Source of the DNA: an uncultured Rhizobiaceae bacterium
GTDB lineage: Bacteria; Pseudomonadota; Alphaproteobacteria; Rickettsiales; UBA1997
NCBI GenBank assembly: GCA_964493475.1
Contig: CAZBNS010000002.1
Span: forward strand, 1-43,954
Direction: 5' to 3'
Length of the DNA: 43,954 nucleotides
The stretch's first letter is position 1, and the number at the start of each line of letters is the position of its first letter. The position numbers and the translations under genes are program-made. Positions 16,860 to 24,966 of this stretch are shown piece after piece. The notes below the pieces were generated by a model. That model was not told the DNA's origin. It did not search any database and was given only the letters and a program-made list of their open reading frames with translations.

Positions 16860-18365
16860 TTATTTGTTTAATAAGTCTATTACATTGTTTTTTAAGAATT
16901 TTCTTATTTCGCTTTTAACTTTATCTACAATTTTCTTTTTTATCTCATTAGATAATTTTAATGTTCCCCAGATATTTTCATCTAATTTAAAATTGTTTAT
17001 TGACTTATCAAAGAAATTAATCGTAGTATTTTGTTTTTTATTATTATTTTTGTTGTCAACATTTTTTATGTCTTGTTTTTTATTGATTACTTCGCTTATT
17101 TGCTCAACTTTTTTGTCTAATTGACAAGCATCCTTTCCATTTTTTTTCAAAAATTCTTCTATATTATTTAGATTTAATTCGGCTATATCTCCTAATTTAT
17201 CATCGTTTTTTAGTGGTTCTAGCTCCATTTCTTCTTTTTTGTCTTCTTCAATTTCTCCAATTCTCTTTTTTTCTTCTTGCTCAGATTTTATTCTTTCAGC
17301 TTCTATTTCAGAAGCAAAATCATCATTTATTGTTTCTAAATCCACAATGTCTTTGTCGCAAATGGAAAAATTATTTAAAGCACAATTTTCATTGTTTCCT
17401 TTTTCATCAGGGTTTTTGTCAACTTTTTCACTTTCTTCATCAATATCTTCTTCATTTTCCTCATCATCGTCTGTTTCATCGATCTGATTTTCATTAATTT
17501 TTTCTTTTTCGGGTTTATTTTCAATGTTTTTAGCTTCTTTTTGAGTATCAACTTCTTTGGTTTTTGTTATTTCTTCTTTACTTGGAGAATTTTGTGATTG
17601 AATATTTTTTTCTAAATCCTCACTGCTTTTGTTATGATCCTCATTTAACCAATCATCATTTTTGTTTGTATCTTCGGTTTTTTCTTCTTTTTGAATGACT
17701 TTTTTCTCAGTATTGTTAATATTGTCGCTGATTGTGTTATTTTCTTGTTCCTTTATGGTATCTTTTGAATCTAATTCACTATTATTTGATTTTGGGCTTT
17801 CAGTGCTATCAGCCGGACTCTCTATATTGTCATTATTTTCAGAATTTTCACTAGTTGAAATAATATCTATTTTATTTAAATTATCATTGATTTTATCATC
17901 TACAGGAGTATCCAAATCATTATTTACAATATTATTTTCATCAGTGGTATTTTCCTCAGCAATTTCCTCTTTTATATCATTTTCCTCTATTGTATTTAAG
18001 TTGTTTTCAGCGGGCGATTTTGATACATTATTTTCATCTACTATATTTATTGTCTCATCACTTTCAGCAGCCTTCTCCTTTTCAATATTTTTTTCAAGAG
18101 AATCTTTTAAAAAATTATTATCATTTTGAACGGTATTGCTTGCGGAAGTTTGTTCAAAAAAAGCCTCCACATCATCTTTACTTCGTTCTTTCTCTGTATT
18201 TTCAAGATGCGAATTATCTAAATTATTGTTTTGATTTTCAAGTAAATTTGGATTGTTTCCAAGAGTATTATCAGCCGAAATTTCTTCTTTATCCATACCT
18301 TCGTAAAGAAACGAAAAATCGTCATTTTTTTTCCCTCCAAAAACTTTGCTTTTTTGATCCATCAA
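16860..18365 (-). CDS. Highly acidic low-complexity protein (E/D/N/K-rich), possibly PopZ/DUF2497-like
   Basis: This 501-aa protein has no signal peptide and is mostly an acidic low-complexity linker. Its C-terminal helix EIRKFLKNNVIDLL loosely resembles the PopZ C-terminal MLKSWLDDNLPGLV (recalled from memory). It sits next to tolC. Confidence 0.55.
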   Translation of the reverse strand: MMDQKSKVFGGKKNDDFSFLYEGMDKEEISADNTLGNNPNLLENQNNNLDNSHLENTEKERSKDDVEAFFEQTSASNTVQNDNNFLKDSLEKNIEKEKAAESDETINIVDENNVSKSPAENNLNTIEENDIKEEIAEENTTDENNIVNNDLDTPVDDKINDNLNKIDIISTSENSENNDNIESPADSTESPKSNNSELDSKDTIKEQENNTISDNINNTEKKVIQKEEKTEDTNKNDDWLNEDHNKSSEDLEKNIQSQNSPSKEEITKTKEVDTQKEAKNIENKPEKEKINENQIDETDDDEENEEDIDEESEKVDKNPDEKGNNENCALNNFSICDKDIVDLETINDDFASEIEAERIKSEQEEKKRIGEIEEDKKEEMELEPLKNDDKLGDIAELNLNNIEEFLKKNGKDACQLDKKVEQISEVINKKQDIKNVDNKNNNKKQNTTINFFDKSINNFKLDENIWGTLKLSNEIKKKIVDKVKSEIRKFLKNNVIDLLNK

Positions 18366-18370
18366 AACTC

Positions 18371-19759
18371 CTAACTAAATAAATCAACTAAATTAAGCTC
18401 ACCCATGAGCAATCTTAAACCATAATAGTATTTTATAACATTTGTTTTATATTTCAAATGGGAAATTTCAGTATCAAAATATTCCTTTCTTCTGTCTAAA
18501 ACATCAACCAGTGTTGCTTTTCCAACTTTTTCTTCCGCAATGATATTTTCCAATGCCATTTTTGCGGAATCCCTATAGGTTTTACTGCTTATCACTATGC
18601 TTTTTGAAGCTAAAAATTCATCAAATACAGTCAAGCATTGATTTATTAGAGTATCTTTTACATCATTTAAGTTAAATTTAGCCTCATTTAATAAATATCC
18701 AGCTTCTTTATGAGCTGCATACTCTATTCCAGATTGAAACAATGGAACTTTTAAATTCAAACCTATACTGCTGTTTCTGCTGCTGATTAAATCCGTTCTA
18801 TCAGAATTTTCAATTTGAGCGTTTAAATATAATTCAGGTAAAAATTTAGTTTTTGCAAACTTTAAATTATTTTTATTCATTTCGTAATTATTTCTAGCAG
18901 TCTGGTATTGCGGATTTTTAAACAAAGCTGATTCTATTACTTTATCAAAAAAAATATCATAATTAAAACAAGTATTAAAAATTTGATTATAATTAACATT
19001 AATTAAGCTTGGATTGATTTTTGTTATTTTTAAAAAATTAGCCTTTGCGTTCAAATAATTTGTATTTGCAATAATTGTTTCTGTTCTTGCAGAATTATAT
19101 CTAGCTTTAGCCAAAGACAAATCAGTAATAGTAGTTCTTCCAACTTTTCTTTTTGCAGAAACATAATCATAATTATTCTTTAAGGACTCTTCATTTTTAA
19201 TAGTTAATTCAAAAATTTCTTTAGATTGTAATAAATCAATTGTCGCTTGAACTGCACTAAATAAAACTTCCTGTTCGACTTGAGCTAATTTATTTTTTTG
19301 CATATTAATTTGACTGTCAACCATTTTTAATTGCGTTGCAGTTCTTCCGCTTTTAAAAATTGGCTCTTGCAAATAAATTCTGCTATTGTTAGTAGAACCA
19401 TCATCTTTAAAAACTATAGTTCCCATTCTTTCTTTAAAATTCGTATAGCCATAACCGAGCTCAGCACCAATAGTTGGCAGAGCATTTGCTCCTATTGTCT
19501 TAAATTTTTGAGTTTCTACTGCTTTTGTTTTTTCTCTTTCTGCATTTAACACATCATTATTAGCTAAAGTATGTTTCAAAATTTCACTAAAAGTTATTTG
19601 CCTATTTTTTTCTAATAATTTGTTTTGAGCCTCTACAATTTTATTATATTCTATTCTATCGTCTTGCGTTTCAACAGCGTTTGATGAAAAAACAACGACA
19701 AAACTTAACCCTATACCAAATAATAAATTTTTACAAAACATTCTTATGCAATTTTCCAA
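18371..19759 (-). CDS. tolC: TolC-family outer membrane efflux protein
   Basis: It has a signal peptide and two repeats of OEP-type helices. Size is 462 aa. Confidence 0.85.
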   Translation of the reverse strand: MENCIRMFCKNLLFGIGLSFVVVFSSNAVETQDDRIEYNKIVEAQNKLLEKNRQITFSEILKHTLANNDVLNAEREKTKAVETQKFKTIGANALPTIGAELGYGYTNFKERMGTIVFKDDGSTNNSRIYLQEPIFKSGRTATQLKMVDSQINMQKNKLAQVEQEVLFSAVQATIDLLQSKEIFELTIKNEESLKNNYDYVSAKRKVGRTTITDLSLAKARYNSARTETIIANTNYLNAKANFLKITKINPSLINVNYNQIFNTCFNYDIFFDKVIESALFKNPQYQTARNNYEMNKNNLKFAKTKFLPELYLNAQIENSDRTDLISSRNSSIGLNLKVPLFQSGIEYAAHKEAGYLLNEAKFNLNDVKDTLINQCLTVFDEFLASKSIVISSKTYRDSAKMALENIIAEEKVGKATLVDVLDRRKEYFDTEISHLKYKTNVIKYYYGLRLLMGELNLVDLFS

Positions 19760-19785
19760 TCACTATTATAAAGTTATTACAATAA

Positions 19786-20238
19786 TTAATTTAAAAAACA
19801 ATTTAAAAAACTTTCCAAAATATAAGAAGCTGCGATTTTATCCACGACTTTTTTTGTTTCATTAAATCCAATATTATCAAGCATTAAATCTTCAGCTTCA
19901 AATGAAGACAGCCTTTCATCTTGAAAAACTATCGGCAAATCAACTTTATTAGATAAATTTTCAGCAAATTTTTTAACAAATAATGATGATTTAGTATCTT
20001 TTTCATCAAACGAAATAGGCAGACCAATCACAATACCTTTCACATTTTTTGACTTGCACATATTCGCCAAAACATCAAAATCCTTTTTATTTCCTTGTCT
20101 GGCAATAGTATCAGATGGCAAACAAATTTTTCTTAAATCATCAGTAATAGCTACGCCAATTCTTTTTGTTCCAACATCCAATCCAAGTAATCTTCCACTA
20201 GGACAAACTTTCAAAAAATCATTACTACTGTAAATCAT
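19786..20238 (-). CDS. ruvX: Holliday junction resolvase-like protein RuvX/YqgF
   Basis: LGLDVGTKRIGVA...IVIGLP....D........F...L.....LPIVFQDERLSS is present. Confidence 0.9.
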   Translation of the reverse strand: MIYSSNDFLKVCPSGRLLGLDVGTKRIGVAITDDLRKICLPSDTIARQGNKKDFDVLANMCKSKNVKGIVIGLPISFDEKDTKSSLFVKKFAENLSNKVDLPIVFQDERLSSFEAEDLMLDNIGFNETKKVVDKIAASYILESFLNCFLN

Positions 20239-20287
20239 TAAAATATTCTCAACAAGGTTTTTAAAAAAATTTTAAAGAAAAACTAAA

Positions 20288-21103
20288 TTATTTTGCAACG
20301 GATCTAATTTTCAAAACATCTCGCATATTATAAAGACCCTTTTCCTTTTTAAAAGCCCAAATAGCAGCCCTAATTGCTCCATTTACAAAAATTAATTTTG
20401 ACGCTGCCTTATGCGAAAGTTCTATTCTTTCGCCCATACCAGCAAAAATCACCGTATGTTCCCCAACAACATCTCCACCTCTCAAAACCGCAAAGCCAAT
20501 TTCATTTGTTTCTCTTGGAGCAATAACCCCATCTCTTATTTTTCTTGATACCTCTCCAAAATTCAAATTTCTGCCCCTAGCCACTGCCTGTCCCAGCATT
20601 AAAGCCGTTCCAGATGGCGCATCTTTTTTATTTCTATGGTGCATTTCTAAAATTTCAGTATCATAATCTTCTCTAAGCAAAGAGGCCGTTTCTTCAACCA
20701 GATTTACCAATAAATTAGCTCCAATACTCATATTATTAGAATGAACTATCACACAACCATGGGCAAATTTTTCCAATTTTTCCTTTTCTTCATCACTCAA
20801 CCCCGTAGTTCCAGTAATAAGTATTTTTTTCTTTTTCGCACACATTTCAGCGCATTGCATAGTAAGTTCAGGAGAAGAAAAATCTATCACAGCGTCAGAC
20901 TCATCAAATAATTTTTCCAAATCATCAGTAATCAAACTATTAGTTTTTTTATCAAGTCCAAGAAAATCTCCTATATCCTCGCCGACTTCATCATATCCTT
21001 GTCTAACCAATGCTCCACTAATATCAAACAAATTGTTGCTGATAATTTCAAGAGCCAAGGCTCTAGCCATTCTTCCTCTAATACCAGTAATTCCGATTTT
21101 CAT
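20288..21103 (-). CDS. dapB: 4-hydroxy-tetrahydrodipicolinate reductase
   Basis: MKIGITGIRGRMA (Rossmann fold), EMHHRNKKDAPSGTA and the C-terminal tetramerisation region are present. The start is taken at ATG 21103 rather than 21124. Confidence 0.9.
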   Translation of the reverse strand: MKIGITGIRGRMARALALEIISNNLFDISGALVRQGYDEVGEDIGDFLGLDKKTNSLITDDLEKLFDESDAVIDFSSPELTMQCAEMCAKKKKILITGTTGLSDEEKEKLEKFAHGCVIVHSNNMSIGANLLVNLVEETASLLREDYDTEILEMHHRNKKDAPSGTALMLGQAVARGRNLNFGEVSRKIRDGVIAPRETNEIGFAVLRGGDVVGEHTVIFAGMGERIELSHKAASKLIFVNGAIRAAIWAFKKEKGLYNMRDVLKIRSVAK

Positions 21104-21196
21104 AAACTTGTAATTTATTAACACAATTAAAATATAGAATTAAAAATTATTTTATCAATAAGCGTTAATCATAATATTAAAGCAAAACCAAATAAA

Positions 21197-21225
21197 TTGA
21201 CAATTAATTTCAAATATTTAACAAT
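21197..21225 (+). promoter_or_regulatory. Sigma70-like promoter of cassette copy 3 (TTGACA-N17-AACAAT)
   Basis: TTGACA lies at 21197-21202, followed by a 17-nt spacer and AACAAT at 21220-21225. Confidence 0.55.
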
Positions 21226-21230
21226 GAATT

Positions 21231-21428
21231 TGTCTTAAGAAGACCTTAAGACATTGTTGATGGTTTAAAACACCAAAAAGCGATTAGATGATGTCGTAAG
21301 TCTTTGTTATGCAAAGCATAGCGGAGGCTTACGGTTATAATGAGTTGCATTTGCAGCTTAAAAGGCTGTAAGAGCTGATCGCTTCAGTTGTTTTAACCTC
21401 CGCACTTTTATCAGTGCGATTTTTATTA
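21231..21428 (+). ncRNA. Conserved structured leader/ncRNA, copy 3 (most diverged)
   Basis: The 5' hairpin is replaced by tgtcttaag/cttaagaca (21231-21253). Hairpin tatgc/gcata lies at 21308-21320. P1 is gcggagg (21321-21327)/cctccgc (21397-21403). P2 is cttacgg/ctgtaag, with apical hairpin agttgc/gcagct (21343-21358). Confidence 0.7.
21401..21428 (+). terminator. Intrinsic terminator at the end of RNA copy 3
   Basis: Stem cgcact (21401-21406)/agtgcg (21413-21418) is followed by atttttatta. It overlaps the P1 3' strand by 3 nt. Confidence 0.6.
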
Positions 21429-21450
21429 ATTAGAATAAAAGAGGTTTGAA

Positions 21451-21882
21451 ATGATAGAAGATGAATTATATAATCCCGGTGAAGAAGAATTTAAAGTTGA
21501 TAAAACACTAAATAAAAAAAGCATAAAAGAAGAGATGAAAATTAGCAGAATGTTAATTAACATAAATGAAATTCAAAATTTAATAGATTGTTTTGAATTA
21601 AATAATCATTTTTCAAATGATTATAACTATAAGGAAATATTAAATACAAATAATTGCCATTATTTAGAAAATCTTTTTAAAGCAAAAATATTAGAATTAA
21701 ATATAATAATCATAAAAAACTATTTGGAAGTTAATAAATTTAATTTCAATTTTGATAAGCTAAAAAAATCAAGAAAAATAATGGACAAGCTGTTGAAAGT
21801 CTACAGTTGCTCGCAAGAAAAGGCTGTAAAAAAAATTAAAGAACTGATTGCTTGGAGTGGTATTGAGGAAAGGGAAGTTTGA
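21451..21882 (+). CDS. Small K/N/E-rich protein of unknown function (cassette cargo 3)
   Basis: This 143-aa ORF has AGAGGT 7 nt upstream of its ATG. It shows only faint similarity to cargos 1 and 2 (NYLEVNKFN...KIMDKLLKVY). Confidence 0.55.
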   Translation: MIEDELYNPGEEEFKVDKTLNKKSIKEEMKISRMLININEIQNLIDCFELNNHFSNDYNYKEILNTNNCHYLENLFKAKILELNIIIIKNYLEVNKFNFNFDKLKKSRKIMDKLLKVYSCSQEKAVKKIKELIAWSGIEEREV

Positions 21883-21932
21883 TATTATATTGGCCTAGAC
21901 TTTGCTTTTTAACCGATTATATTAATAATTTC

Positions 21933-21961
21933 TTGACAATAATTAAATAATAAGCGATTAT
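21933..21961 (+). promoter_or_regulatory. Candidate promoter for virB10 (TTGACA-N17-GATTAT)
   Basis: TTGACA lies at 21933-21938 and GATTAT at 21956-21961. This is a weak call in AT-rich DNA. Confidence 0.3.
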
Positions 21962-21987
21962 TTTATACAGTTTATGTTATATGTAGT

Positions 21988-23493
21988 ATGCAGCAAAATC
22001 AGATAACCAATACTAATACTCAAGAAGATATTGCCGAAACTGATGAAGATACGATTGGCGTTGGCAGCTCGAAACAAAGTAAAATGATTTTAATCGTTTT
22101 TATAGTTGTATTTGTTTCCACTGTTATATATTTTCTTTTCTTGAAAGAGCCGGCTGATACTACTGTGGGACCAAGCACTGATGAAATAGTTATTCAAAAA
22201 GGCGGACAGCCAACTAGAGGGGTTAGCATTGATTATAATATTTCAGATTTGTTGGATGTGGCTCCAACTGATGATAGATTTTTAACTCCTCAAACACAAG
22301 ATACAGTTCCAGCTTTACCGGAATTGCCGTCATTGCCGGAAGAAATAAGGCAACAGATTGCTAGTGGAGAAAAGAAAGATGAAAAAACATTCACTAAAGA
22401 AGAAGTTGATAAAATGATTAGCGATAGGTTAAAAGAGGCTATGGAGCAACAAATGGAAGCTATAACAAAGCTTAGTGCGCAACAACAGCCTAGAGATGAA
22501 GTAAGAACTGCAGCACCTGCGGGTATTGTGATAACTCCTCCTAGACAACAACAGCCTGTGAGAGCTGGAGATCCAACATCTATAAGTCTTCCTGGAGATG
22601 CTACGGCTGGACTTGATACTGCGAACATGACAGACGAAGAAATTTTAACTGCGCAGCAAAAAAAAGAAGCTGAGGCATTAGAGAAAATTAAAAAAGATAA
22701 AATTTTACAAGAAAGAAAAGTTGCGCCTATGTTTAAAGTGAGTTCTGGAACAGGACCTGCTAAAAGTAGTCTTGACACTTCTGATTTTATTATACTATCT
22801 TATACTGACAACAAACTTGACATTCAAAATAAAACGCCTGATGTTATACCGACACAAGTTACGGACTTAACGAGAGTGATATTGCAGGGAAAAGTTATAA
22901 GCGCAGTTCTTGAAACGGCTATAGATACTGATATAGCTTCAACAGTAAGAGCAGTAATTACAAGAGACATATATGCTGAAGAAGGCAAAAACATTCTAAT
23001 ACCAAAAGGCTCAAGAGTTATTGGAAATTATGAAACTAATATAACATCAGGACAAACAAGAGTTACAATTAATTGGAATAGAATTATAAGAGTTGATGGA
23101 ATGAGCTTAAATATAGCTTCTATTGGCGCAGATAGGCTTGGAAGAGCTGGTGTTGCGGGTGATTTAGATAATAGATATGCTCAACGTTTGGCAAATTCAT
23201 TCTTATCAAGTGTTTTAAGTGTTGGTACCTCCTTAGCTGTTGAAAAAGTTAGCGGTTCTACTGGAATTACAAATACAATAAGCTCTTTAACTGGAGAATC
23301 TACTACAACAAGTGGAAAAGCGTCAGATTATGCTTTAATACAAGCTACAAAAGATTTTATGAGTGATGCCCAAGATATAGTAGACGATATAGCCGAACAA
23401 AAACCTGTAATTAGAATTCCGCAGGGTGAAAAAGTAATGATTATGGTTACTCAAGATTTAACCCTTCCAGTATATAAAAGGAGTAATAGATAA
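21988..23493 (+). CDS. virB10: Type IV secretion system protein VirB10
   Basis: It has an N-terminal TM helix, a P/Q-rich linker and a C-terminal TrbI/VirB10 barrel region (VISAVLETAIDTD....V.A.ITRDIY...GK.ILIPKGSRVIG.Y). Confidence 0.9.
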   Translation: MQQNQITNTNTQEDIAETDEDTIGVGSSKQSKMILIVFIVVFVSTVIYFLFLKEPADTTVGPSTDEIVIQKGGQPTRGVSIDYNISDLLDVAPTDDRFLTPQTQDTVPALPELPSLPEEIRQQIASGEKKDEKTFTKEEVDKMISDRLKEAMEQQMEAITKLSAQQQPRDEVRTAAPAGIVITPPRQQQPVRAGDPTSISLPGDATAGLDTANMTDEEILTAQQKKEAEALEKIKKDKILQERKVAPMFKVSSGTGPAKSSLDTSDFIILSYTDNKLDIQNKTPDVIPTQVTDLTRVILQGKVISAVLETAIDTDIASTVRAVITRDIYAEEGKNILIPKGSRVIGNYETNITSGQTRVTINWNRIIRVDGMSLNIASIGADRLGRAGVAGDLDNRYAQRLANSFLSSVLSVGTSLAVEKVSGSTGITNTISSLTGESTTTSGKASDYALIQATKDFMSDAQDIVDDIAEQKPVIRIPQGEKVMIMVTQDLTLPVYKRSNR

Positions 23494-24485
23494 TGCATAA
23501 TTTTGAAGCTCTTGAAGTCTATTTAAAACCTATAAATTACATTTTACAACAGGAAGGAATAACTGAAATATCAATTAATAAGGCCAATGAAGCTTGGGTA
23601 GAAAAAAAAGGCGACATGTTTAAAGTTGAAATGCCCGGATATGATTTAAAACATTTAAAATCATTAGGAAGACTAATCGCACAGGCTACGGATCAGAAAA
23701 TAAGTGAAGAAACCCCATTGCTATCAGCAACATTGCCTTCTGGATATAGAATTCAGGTTGTTTTTCCACCAGCATGTGAAAATGACACAGTAATCATGTC
23801 TATCAGAAAAAAGAGTGATATAGTATGGTCGCTTGATGATTATGAAAAAATGGGAGCATTTTCAACAACTTCTGTTGGTGCGGTTAAAGATGACTCAAAC
23901 GTTATTTTATCTAAGCTTTTAAAAGCAAATATGATAAAAGAATTTTTATACAAAGCAATTTTAAGCAAAAAAAACTTAATTATTTCCGGTGGTACTTCAA
24001 CAGGTAAAACCACTTTTACTAACGCCTGTCTAAAAGCAATTCCAAGAGTTGAAAGACTAATAACCGTTGAAGACGCCAGAGAAATAGATTTAGGTTGGCT
24101 TCCAAATAAGGTTCACCTATTAGCTTCAAAAGGCGGACAAGGAAGAGCAAATGTAACGGCTCAAGATTTAATTGAAGCTTGCTTGAGGTTAAGACCTGAT
24201 AGAATAATAGTGGGAGAGTTGAGAGGAAAAGAAGCTTTTTCATTCTTAAGAGCGATAAACACAGGACACCCTGGTTCTATTTCCACACTTCACGCTGACA
24301 CTCCTAAAATGGCTTTACAACAGCTAAAGTTAATGGTTATGCAGGCTGGATTAGGTATGCCTCCCGATGATATATTTAATTATATTAATAATGTTATTGA
24401 TATAGTAGTTCAGTTAAAAAGAGGCGCAAAAGGAGTTAGATATATATCTGAGGTTTATTTTAGAGATTTTAATCAGAATATATAG
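23493..24485 (+). CDS. virB11: Type IV secretion system ATPase VirB11
   Basis: Walker A GGTSTGKTT, ITVEDAREI, GELRG and the His box TGHPGSISTLHA are present. A TAATG overlap couples it to virB10. Confidence 0.93.
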   Translation: MHNFEALEVYLKPINYILQQEGITEISINKANEAWVEKKGDMFKVEMPGYDLKHLKSLGRLIAQATDQKISEETPLLSATLPSGYRIQVVFPPACENDTVIMSIRKKSDIVWSLDDYEKMGAFSTTSVGAVKDDSNVILSKLLKANMIKEFLYKAILSKKNLIISGGTSTGKTTFTNACLKAIPRVERLITVEDAREIDLGWLPNKVHLLASKGGQGRANVTAQDLIEACLRLRPDRIIVGELRGKEAFSFLRAINTGHPGSISTLHADTPKMALQQLKLMVMQAGLGMPPDDIFNYINNVIDIVVQLKRGAKGVRYISEVYFRDFNQNI

Positions 24486-24507
24486 TATAGTTATTATATT
24501 AAATAAC

Positions 24508-24563
24508 TGGATTCCCGCTTGTGTAAAGGACAAATAGGATGCATTACAAAATATTTTAGCTTT
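24508..24563. repeat. Family-2 repeat copy
   Basis: ctggattcccgc..aaaggacaaataggatgcattacaaaatattttagcttt matches 3162-3273. Confidence 0.55.
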
Positions 24564-24685
24564 GGGATATACTCTATATAGCTAAACTATTACTTTACTT
24601 TTAATAATTTTATTATAATATCTTATTGTTTGCTGTATTTTGAGATGGCAAATGTTTATTAAATTATTAATTATATTTACTCAAA

Positions 24686-24961
24686 ATGTCTATAGAAAAA
24701 AATAAAAAAAGCGAACTCATTAAAGAGTTTGGAAATAAAGAATCTGATACTGGTTCCGTTGAAGTTCAAGTTGCGGTTCTAACTGAAAGAATTAAAAATG
24801 TTACAGAGCACTGCAAAACTCATGCTAAAGATTTCTCTTCAAGAAGAGGATTGTTGATGTTGGTTGCTAGAAGAAAAAGATTATTGGCTTACTTAAAAAG
24901 AAAATCCACAGAAAGATTTAATGCTTTAATTGAAAAATTGGGTTTGAAAGATAATAAATAG
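24686..24961 (+). CDS. rpsO: 30S ribosomal protein S15
   Basis: [17 protein letters not shown]...H.KD..SRRGLL.LV..RRRLL.YL is present. Confidence 0.97.
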   Translation: MSIEKNKKSELIKEFGNKESDTGSVEVQVAVLTERIKNVTEHCKTHAKDFSSRRGLLMLVARRKRLLAYLKRKSTERFNALIEKLGLKDNK

Positions 24962-24966
24962 GAATT

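Noticed and set aside
17213-18382. Several 80-144-aa plus-strand ORFs (17213-17497, 17239-17487, 17695-18129, 17990-18382)
   Set aside because: They are antisense to the acidic low-complexity gene. Their S/F/L-rich translations are the mirror image of its E/K/N repeats.
22290-22778. A 162-aa minus-strand ORF
   Set aside because: It is antisense to the P/Q/A-rich linker of virB10, which has clear homology support. The translation is C/S/A-rich and has no start context.
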